Positions 51,123 through 58,900 of a stretch of 64,000 bases of DNA are shown piece by piece. A program made the position numbers and the translations under genes. Under the pieces are notes generated by a model, which saw nothing but the letters and a program-made list of their open reading frames with translations, was not told the origin of the DNA and made no database searches. Source of the stretch: an uncultured delta proteobacterium (lineage in GTDB: Bacteria > Myxococcota > Myxococcia > Myxococcales > Anaeromyxobacteraceae); assembly GCA_963814585.1 (NCBI GenBank), contig CAWFDF010000003.1, positions 128,001-192,000 on the forward strand. Reading direction: 5' to 3'. The number at the start of each line of letters is the position of its first letter. Within the stretch, counting starts at the first letter, position 1.

Positions 51123-52049
51123 ATGGCCCAGCACGAGAAGGTCGTCATCATCGGATCCGGTCCGGCCGGCTACACCGCCGCCATCTACGCGGCGCGCGCC
51201 ACCCTCCAGCCCCTCATGATCGAGGGCTTCCAGCCGGGTGGGCAGCTCACCATCACCACCGACGTGGAGAACTTCCCCGGCTTCCCCGACGGCATCATGG
51301 GGCCGGCGCTGATGGAGGAGATGAAGAAGCAGGCCACCCGCTTCGGCACCCGCTTCGTCAGCGCCGAGGTGACCCGCGTCGACCTGTCGCAGCACCCCTT
51401 CCGGCTCTGGGTCGAGCAGGAGGAGTACACCGCCCACGCGTTGATCGTCGCCACCGGCGCCACCGCCAAGTGGCTGGGCATCCCCTCGGAGAAGCAGTAC
51501 CAGGGGCGCGGCGTCTCGGCCTGCGCCACCTGCGACGGCTTCTTCTTCAAGAACGTCGAGGTGGCGGTGGTGGGGGGCGGCGACACCGCCATCGAGGAGG
51601 CCACCTTCCTCACCAAGTTCGCCAGCAAGGTCCACCTCATCCACCGGCGCTCCGAGCTGCGGGCCTCCAAGATCATGCAGCAGAGGGCGCTCGCGAACCC
51701 CAAGCTGGTGTTCCAGTGGCACTCGGTCGTCGACGAGGTGCTGGGCGACGGCAAGGCGGTGACCGGCCTGCGGCTCAAGAGCACCAAGGACGGCTCGACC
51801 CGCGAGCTCAAGGTCCAGGGGCTCTTCATGGGGATCGGCCACGAGCCCAACACCGCCCTCTTCAAGGGGCAGCTCGACATGAACGAGGTCGGCTACCTGA
51901 CGGTGAGGCCGCCCTCCACCGCGACCAGCGTCCCGGGGGTCTTCGCCTGCGGCGACGTGGCCGACCCGAACTACCGTCAGGCCATCTCGGCGGCCGGCAC
52001 CGGCTGCATGGCCGCCATCGACGCCGAGCGGTTCCTCGCCGGCCACTGA
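51123..52049 (+). CDS. trxB: Thioredoxin-disulfide reductase
   Basis: IIGSGPAG, GGQL, VENFPGF, SACATCDG, GGGDTA.EEA, HRR, GDVAD..YRQA. Confidence 0.97.
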   Translation: MAQHEKVVIIGSGPAGYTAAIYAARATLQPLMIEGFQPGGQLTITTDVENFPGFPDGIMGPALMEEMKKQATRFGTRFVSAEVTRVDLSQHPFRLWVEQEEYTAHALIVATGATAKWLGIPSEKQYQGRGVSACATCDGFFFKNVEVAVVGGGDTAIEEATFLTKFASKVHLIHRRSELRASKIMQQRALANPKLVFQWHSVVDEVLGDGKAVTGLRLKSTKDGSTRELKVQGLFMGIGHEPNTALFKGQLDMNEVGYLTVRPPSTATSVPGVFACGDVADPNYRQAISAAGTGCMAAIDAERFLAGH

Positions 52050-52061
52050 TCGGAGCGCCGC

Positions 52062-52538
52062 GTGAGGATGATCGACGTGGGGAACAAGCCCCCCACCGAG
52101 CGGGTGGCGGTGGCTCGCGCCCGGCTGCGCATGTCGAGGGCCACCAGGGCGCGGGTGGCGGCCGGCGAGGTGGAGAAGGGCGACGTGCTGGCGGCGGCGC
52201 GGCTGGCCGGCGTGATGGCCGCCAAGCGGACGCCGGAGCTCATCCCGCTCTGCCACCCCATCGCCCTGTCGGCGGTGGAGATGGAGGTGCGGCTCACGGC
52301 CCGCGGCCTCGAGGCGGTGGCCACCGTCCACACCGTGGACCGGACCGGCGTGGAGATGGAGGCGCTCACCGCCGCCACCGCCGCCTGCCTCACCGCCTAC
52401 GACATGCTGAAGCGCTACGAGCAGGGGATGGTGCTGGAGACGGTCGAGCTGCTGGAGAAGCGGGGCGGCCGCACCGGGACCTGGCGCGCCGCCGCCGCTC
52501 GTCGTGGCCCGCCCCGCAGCAGGTCGCCGCGGCGCTGA
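52062..52538 (+). CDS. moaC: Cyclic pyranopterin monophosphate synthase
   Basis: MIDVG.K, KGDVL, AAKRT.ELIPLCHP, TGVEMEALT, YDM.K, EK.GG. Confidence 0.95.
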   Translation: MRMIDVGNKPPTERVAVARARLRMSRATRARVAAGEVEKGDVLAAARLAGVMAAKRTPELIPLCHPIALSAVEMEVRLTARGLEAVATVHTVDRTGVEMEALTAATAACLTAYDMLKRYEQGMVLETVELLEKRGGRTGTWRAAAARRGPPRSRSPRR

Positions 52539-52623
52539 CCGCGCCCTTCGCCTGGCCGGTCCCGGCGCGGCCTGGCAGCGCCCACCGAGGCAGGGATCGG
52601 GACCGGCGCGGGGCGCTGGGCCC

Positions 52624-54528
52624 CTACTTCTTCCCCGCCTTGGCCTGCCGCGCCAGGATCGCCTCCATCTGGTCCATGGTGGCGTTCATCTCCTTCATGG
52701 CGGCGTCGAAGGGGGCCGGGCTGGTCATGTCCACGCCGGCCGACCTGAGCAGGTCCATGGGGAACTTCGAGCCGCCCGCCGAGAGCATGGCCAGGAAGCC
52801 ATCGCGCGCCGAGGTCTTCCCCTGCTTCGCCTCGGCGAGGATGCGGGCGGCGATGGAGGAGGAGGCCACCAGGCTGGTGGCGTACTGGAAGACGTAGAAG
52901 TCGTAATAGAAGTGCGGGATGAAGGCCCACTCGATGCCGATCAGGTCGTCCACCTGGCAGATCCCCTGCCCGTGGCCGTAGTAGTCGCGGACGATCTTCA
53001 GGTAGAGCGCCGTCAGCGTCTCGCCGGTGACCGGCTCGCCCTTCTCGGCCGCCTCGTGGACCTTGAGCTCGAACTCGGCGAACTGGGTCTGGCGGAAGAG
53101 CGTGGTCCTCAGCCCGTCGAGCCGGTTGCCCAGCAGCGCCAGCCGGGTGGAGTCGTCCTTGGCCTTCCCCACCATGTGGTCGAGCAGCAGCGCCTCGTTG
53201 AGCGTCGAGGCCACCTCGGCCACGAAGATGGGGTAGTCGGAGGTCGGGTAGGGCTGCGCCCTGTTGGCGAGCCAGGTGTGCATCGAGTGGCCCGACTCGT
53301 GGGCCAGCGTCGAGAGGTCGTCGTACTGCCCGTTGAAGTTGAGCAGCTGGAACGGGTGCACGCCGTAGACCCCGGTGGAGTAGGCGCCGGAGCGCTTCCC
53401 GGTGGAGGGGAGGTAGTCGGTCCAGCGGCTCTGGTATCCGGTCTTCAGGCCTGCGACGTAGTCCTTGCCGAGCGGGGCGAAGGCCTCCAGGGTCAGCGCC
53501 TGGGCCTGGGCCGGCGTGTAGGTGAGCTCGACCTTCCCGACCAGCGGCACGTAGAGGTCCTGGTAGCGGAGCTGCTGGAGGCCCATCATCCTCTGGCGCA
53601 GCTTCAGGTAGCGGTGGAGCGTCGGCAGCGAGCGGCGCACGTCGGCCACCAGCTGGGTGTAGACGGTGGTGGGGACGTTGGCCCGGAAGAGCGACGACTC
53701 CAGGGCGCTGCCGAACTTGCGGTTCCGCGCCGTGAAGAGATGCGCCTTCAGCTGGGCGTCGAGGGTGGTGCCGAAGGTCCGCTCGTAGGTCTTGAGGGCC
53801 CCGAAGAACTTCTCGAAGGCGAGATCGCGATCGGCCTTCACCGGCGAGGCGCGGTGGAGCGCGAAGCCCTGGGAGTCGAGGCGGACCTGCTGCCCGGTGG
53901 AGAGCGCCACGGTCGGGTAGGGCAGGTCGGCGTCCTTGAGGATCGAGTAGGCGGCCGCCCCGGCGTTGGCCAGGTCGTCGGCCCGGGCCATGAGCTGCTC
54001 CTCACCCGCCCCCAGGGTGTGGGGCTGCCAGCGGAGCACCTCCTCCAGGTAGACCTTCCACGGCGCCAGCCTGGGCTCGGCGGCCAGGAAGCCGCGCAGC
54101 TTCCCGGCGTCGATGGCGAGCAGCTCGGGACGCACCCAGCTCACCGCCGTCCCCAGCTCCACGGCCAGGCGCTGGGCGGCCTGCTTCAGCTCGCGCGGCC
54201 GGGCCGCCCGGGTGTCCTCGTCGGAGCTGGCCGAGGCGTAGACGTAGAGCCGGGTGAGCGCCAGCTCGGCGGCGGAGTTGGCGGCGAGCGCCTTCCAGAG
54301 CGCCTCGGCCGAGTCGCCGAGGTGGCCCTTGCTGGCCGGGAGGGCGGCGATCTGCGCCGCCAGCTGGTCCTTGGCCTTCACCCAGTCGGCCTCGCTGGCG
54401 AACAGGTCGGCCAGGTTCCAGGTCAGCGGCTGCGGGATCTCGGCGCGCTCGAGCGCGGTGGCCGGGACGGCCAGCGCCACGGTGAGCGCGAGCGCGGTGA
54501 GGCGGGGGAGCAGACGGGCCAGCGGCAT
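52624..54528 (-). CDS. pepF: Oligoendopeptidase F (M3B) with signal peptide
   Basis: WNLADLF, GKRSGAYS, HESGHSMH, FVAEVAST.NE, FRQTQFAEFE, IPHFY, YVFQYAT. Confidence 0.93.
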   Translation of the reverse strand: MPLARLLPRLTALALTVALAVPATALERAEIPQPLTWNLADLFASEADWVKAKDQLAAQIAALPASKGHLGDSAEALWKALAANSAAELALTRLYVYASASSDEDTRAARPRELKQAAQRLAVELGTAVSWVRPELLAIDAGKLRGFLAAEPRLAPWKVYLEEVLRWQPHTLGAGEEQLMARADDLANAGAAAYSILKDADLPYPTVALSTGQQVRLDSQGFALHRASPVKADRDLAFEKFFGALKTYERTFGTTLDAQLKAHLFTARNRKFGSALESSLFRANVPTTVYTQLVADVRRSLPTLHRYLKLRQRMMGLQQLRYQDLYVPLVGKVELTYTPAQAQALTLEAFAPLGKDYVAGLKTGYQSRWTDYLPSTGKRSGAYSTGVYGVHPFQLLNFNGQYDDLSTLAHESGHSMHTWLANRAQPYPTSDYPIFVAEVASTLNEALLLDHMVGKAKDDSTRLALLGNRLDGLRTTLFRQTQFAEFELKVHEAAEKGEPVTGETLTALYLKIVRDYYGHGQGICQVDDLIGIEWAFIPHFYYDFYVFQYATSLVASSSIAARILAEAKQGKTSARDGFLAMLSAGGSKFPMDLLRSAGVDMTSPAPFDAAMKEMNATMDQMEAILARQAKAGKK

Positions 54529-54678
54529 GGTGGACCTCCAGGGGACGGGGCGGCGCGTGCGTCCCACCCATGAGGCGCGAGCCGGGCCGACGTGACAGCA
54601 CGGGCGGGGTCGCGGCAGCGGCCGGAGGACCCGCGGCCGGCGCTGGAACCCCGTCGCCGTTCGTGCTTTCTTCTCCCC

Positions 54679-55056
54679 GTGCCAACCAACGCCTCGGGCA
54701 GGGCCCTCCTCTGGGTCGTGGTGATCCTCCTCCTCGCCGCCGGCCTCCTCGGCGCCTACACCTGGGGCGCGCTCACCTGGAGCTACGCGGAGGGCGAGCG
54801 AGTCGGTTACGTCCAGAAGCTCTCCAAGAAGGGCTGGGTCTGCAAGACCTGGGAGGGCGAGCTGGCGATGGTCACCATGCCCGGCGCCATCCCGGAGAAG
54901 TTCCTCTTCTCCATCCGCTCCGACGCGGTGGCCGCCCAGCTCAACAGGACCCTGGGGAAGCGCGTCGGGCTCAGGTACACGCAGCACCTCGGCCTGCCCA
55001 CCAGCTGCTTCGGCGAGACCGAGTACTTCGTCAACGAGGCCGTCGTCGTCGAGTAG
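54679..55056 (+). CDS. Conserved hypothetical single-TM protein
   Basis: TM helix then YAEGERVGYVQKLSKKGWVCKTWEGEL...CFGETEYFV; strong GC3 bias. Confidence 0.75.
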   Translation: MPTNASGRALLWVVVILLLAAGLLGAYTWGALTWSYAEGERVGYVQKLSKKGWVCKTWEGELAMVTMPGAIPEKFLFSIRSDAVAAQLNRTLGKRVGLRYTQHLGLPTSCFGETEYFVNEAVVVE

Positions 55057-55142
55057 TCGCCGGTCGTGCCCGGGCGGCGAGGCCGCCTGCCGCAGCGAGA
55101 GGATCGGCTCTCGCAGCAGGCTGCTTGCCTGGGTCGGGGCTT

Positions 55143-55973
55143 CTAGGCAGGAGCGGCGGGTGGCCGCCGCAGCAGCGTGGCGCCGCCGCGCTCCACCCAC
55201 TCGAAGTCCAGCCCGCCGGCCAGCGGCAGCTCCACCGGCCCCAGCAGCAGCCAGCCTCCGGGGGCCACCGCACCTGCCAGCCGCGCCAGCGCCGAGGCCG
55301 CCACCTCGGCGTCGAAGTAGATGAGGACGTTGCGGCAGGCCACGGCGTCGAAGCGCTCGCCCGGTGGCCGGTCGAGCAGGTTGTGGCGCTCGAAGCGGAG
55401 CAGGCGCGCCAGGCGCGGGCCGACCCGGACGCCCTCCCCGGCGGCGTGGAACCAGCGCGCCGCCAGCGCCGGGGGCAGGTTGCGGACGGCCCTCGCCCCG
55501 TAGAGGCCCGCCTCGGCCCGGGCCAGCGCCCGGGCCGAGACGTCGGTCCCCAGGATCAGATCCTCCTCGCAGTCCCGCCCGGCGTCGAGGAGCGCCAGGG
55601 CCAGGCTGCAGGACTCCTCGCCGGTGGCGCAGCCCGCGCTCCAGATCCGGAGCGGCCGCCCGGCGGCCGCCAGCTCGGCCGCCAGCGCCGCCAGCCCCTC
55701 GGCGTGGCGCCAGAGCGAGGTCTCGCCGACCAGGGCGTGCTCGGCCAGCACCTCCAGCGCGACCGGCTCGCCGGCCACGACGGCGGCCGCCAGCGCGGAG
55801 GGCGCCAGCCCCAGCTCCCGCGCCGCACCGCCCACCGCGAGTCCGAGCGGCCCGCGCAGCCCCGCGGCCAGCGAGAGGCCGACCGCCTTCGCCAGCGCCG
55901 CCGCCACCGCGGCCAGCCAATCGTCGGAGAGGCCGTCGTCTCGCCCCGGGTCGCTCCCGGATGCACGCCACAT
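55143..55973 (-). CDS. CheR-family SAM-dependent methyltransferase
   Basis: VGETSLWR, RIWSAGCATGEE, ILGTDVS, HNLL, FD.V.CRNVLIYF. Start uncertain. Confidence 0.85.
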   Translation of the reverse strand: MWRASGSDPGRDDGLSDDWLAAVAAALAKAVGLSLAAGLRGPLGLAVGGAARELGLAPSALAAAVVAGEPVALEVLAEHALVGETSLWRHAEGLAALAAELAAAGRPLRIWSAGCATGEESCSLALALLDAGRDCEEDLILGTDVSARALARAEAGLYGARAVRNLPPALAARWFHAAGEGVRVGPRLARLLRFERHNLLDRPPGERFDAVACRNVLIYFDAEVAASALARLAGAVAPGGWLLLGPVELPLAGGLDFEWVERGGATLLRRPPAAPA

Positions 55974-55986
55974 ACCGGGCAGGCTA

Positions 55987-58900
55987 TCAGGAACCGCGAC
56001 CCCCGCGAATCCCCCGACGCCCCGGCCAGAGCGCGGCCAGCAGGAGCAGGAGGAGCGACGAGCCGCTGGCGGCACCGGCACCCTGGCCGCAGCCGCAGCC
56101 ACCGCCGCTCGCGTTCCGTGGCGAGGAGGGATCGCCGGCGGCGGCCACCACGAAGCCGACCTGCGCCGGCGGCGAGCCGTTGCCGGCGGCGTCGCTGGCC
56201 ACGGCGATGGCCGACCAGGCGCCGGCGGCCAGGGTGAAGGTGGCCTCGAAGGCCCCGGCCCCGCTGGCCGTGACCCTGGCGGCCAGCGTGCCCACCGTGA
56301 CAGCTACGCTGGCGCCCGGCTCGGCGGTCCCGGCGATCCGGACCGGCCCGACCGGCAGGCTGGCCCCCTCGGCCGGAGAGAGGATCACCGGCGCGGAGGG
56401 CGCCAGGGTGTCGAGCCGGAAGGCGACGGCCGCGGGCCCCGAGGCGTTGCCGGCGGCGTCGGCCGCGGTCAGCGAGGCCTGGTGATCGCCGTCGGCGAGG
56501 AGCAGCGACGCCGTGAAGGCGCCGCCCGCGCCGGCCAGCGCCGTGGCCGAGGCCAGGCCGACGGTGACGGTGACGGTGGCGCCCGGCTCGGCCGCGCCGG
56601 TGAAGGCGACCAGGCCGGCCGGCGCCAGCGCCCCGCCCAGCAGCTGGCCGGCGACCGGCGCCGAGACCTGCGGCGCCGCCGGCGGCGCCACGTCCAGGTC
56701 GAAGGCGACGGTGAGCACGGTCTGGAGCCCGGCCGCGTCGGTGGCGGTCACCACCGCCACGTGGTGGCCATCGGCCAGCGTCGCCGCCGCGCTGAAGGCG
56801 GCGCCCGACCGGGTCACCGGGACGGACGCGCCGTCGACCGCCAGCACCACGCCGGCGCCGCTCTCGGCGGTGCCGGAGAAGGGGACCCGACCGAGCGGCG
56901 CCTCGGCGCCGCCGAGCAGCGCACTCGGCGCGGGCGATGCCAGCTGGAGCGCGGGCGGCAGGTCGACCAGGAAGGGCCGCGATGCGGACTGATCGCTGGC
57001 CACCCCGCCGGCGGTCTGGACCGCCACCAGCGCGTGGGCCCCCTCGGCCAGCGGGGCGGCGACCGGGACGGCGGCCGTGAACCGGCCCGCGCCGTCGGCG
57101 GTCACCGGCGCCAGCGCCGACCCGTCGATGGTCACCACCACGCTGGCCCCCGGCAGCGCGGCGCCGGTGACGGTGGGCGTGGCGGTGGTCACCACCGCGC
57201 CTGCGACCGGCGAGGTGACGACCGGCGCCGGCGGCGCGACCTCGAAGCCGATCCGTCTCTCCGGCGAGCCATTGCCGGCGGCATCGGTGGCCACGGCGCT
57301 GACCGACCAGGCGCCGGCGCCGAGGGTGAGGACGGCCTCGAAGGCGCCGGTCCCGCCGGCCGTCACGGTGGCGCCGAGCGCGCCCGCCGCGACCCGGACG
57401 CTGGAGCCCGGCTCGGCCGTGCCGGTGAACCGGATGGACCCGGCCGCCAATCGGGCCCCGGCCGACGGGGAGAGGATCACCGGCGCAGAGGGCGCCAGGG
57501 TGTCGAGCCGGAAGGCGACGGCCGCGGGCACCGAGACGTTGCCGGCGGCGTCGGCCGCGGTCAGCGAGGCGTGGTGGTCGCCGTCGGCGAGGAGCAGCGA
57601 GGCGGTGAAGGCGCCGCCGGCCCCGGCCAGCGCCGTGGCCGAGGCCAGGCCGACCGTGACGGTGACGGTGGCGTCCGGCTCGGCCGCGCCGGCGAAGGCG
57701 ACCAGGCCGGCCGGCGCCAGCGCCCCGCCCAGCAGCTGGCCGGCGACCGGCGCCGAGACCTGCGGCGCCGCCGGCGGCGCCACGTCCAGGTCGAAGGCGA
57801 CGGTGAGCACGGTCTGGAGCCCTGCCGCGTCGGTGGCGGTCACCACCGCCACGTGGTGGCCATCGGCCAGCGTCGCCGCCGCGCTGAAGGCGGCGCCCGA
57901 CCGGGTCACCGGGACGGACGCGCCGTCGACCGCCAGCACCACGCCGGCGCCGCTCTCGGCGGTGCCGGAGAAGGGGACCCGACCGAGCGGCGCCTCGGCG
58001 CCGCCGAGCAGCGCACCCGGCGCGGGCGACGCCAGCTGGAGCGCGGGCGGCACCGAGTCGGTCGAGAAGCCGCGCGGCGGGCTCGCGTCGCTGGCCACCC
58101 CGCCGGCCGTCTGGACCGCCACCAGCGCGTGGGCCCCCTCGGCCAGCGGGGCGGCGGCCGGGACGGCGGCCGTGAACCGGCCCGCGCCGTCGGCGGTCAC
58201 CGGCGCCAGCGCCGACCCGTCGATGGTCACCACCACGCTGGCCCCCGGCAGCGCGGCGCCGGTGACGGTGGGTGTGGCGGAGGCGACCAGCGCGCCCACG
58301 GCCGGGGTGGCCACCACGGGCGGCGGCGGCGCCACGTCGACGTCGGCGCCGCCCTCGGCCAGCACCGGCGCGACGGCGCAGGAGAGCTGCCACGCCGCAC
58401 CGACGTGGTAGCGCCCCGGGGCGGGCCAGGCCGGCGTGGCGGAGAAGGTGCTGGAGACGGTCGCGCCCGGCGCGACGTCGAGCCCGGCCAGCAGGCGCGC
58501 CGTGGCCGGAGGCGACAAGAAGGCGCCGGCGCCGTCCATGGCCAGCCCGCCGCCGCTCACCGTCCAGGCCAGGCGCGTGTCACGGTGGGTGATCCGAGGC
58601 GCGCCGGAGCGGAAGCTGGCGCTGGCGGAGATCGGCTGGCCCGTGGTGACGCGGGAAGGCGCCAGGAGCCCGAGGATGGCGCCGCCCCGCTCCACGCCGA
58701 GCGGGAGGGTGTCGAGCACGGTGGGGGTGGCGCCACTCCACCTCACCAGCAGGACGGTGATGGCGTCGGGCGTCCCGGCCGGCAGCGGGTAGGCGTCGGT
58801 GGCGCTCCCGCCGGTGACCGGCCAGGGGTCGACGGCGCGGAATGGCAGGTCGGTGCCGCGGACCGGTGCGCTCCCGGCGTACCACTCCAGGGCGTAGCGA

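Noticed and set aside
52624..55971. 1115-aa ORF as a CheR-PepF fusion
   Set aside because: PepF has its own GGAGG RBS and signal peptide at 54528; the upstream part is off-frame to CheR and antisense to another gene.
56150..58335. CRISPR array or mobile-element repeats
   Set aside because: The repeats are in-frame coding Ig-domain duplications with no spacers, cas genes or transposase.
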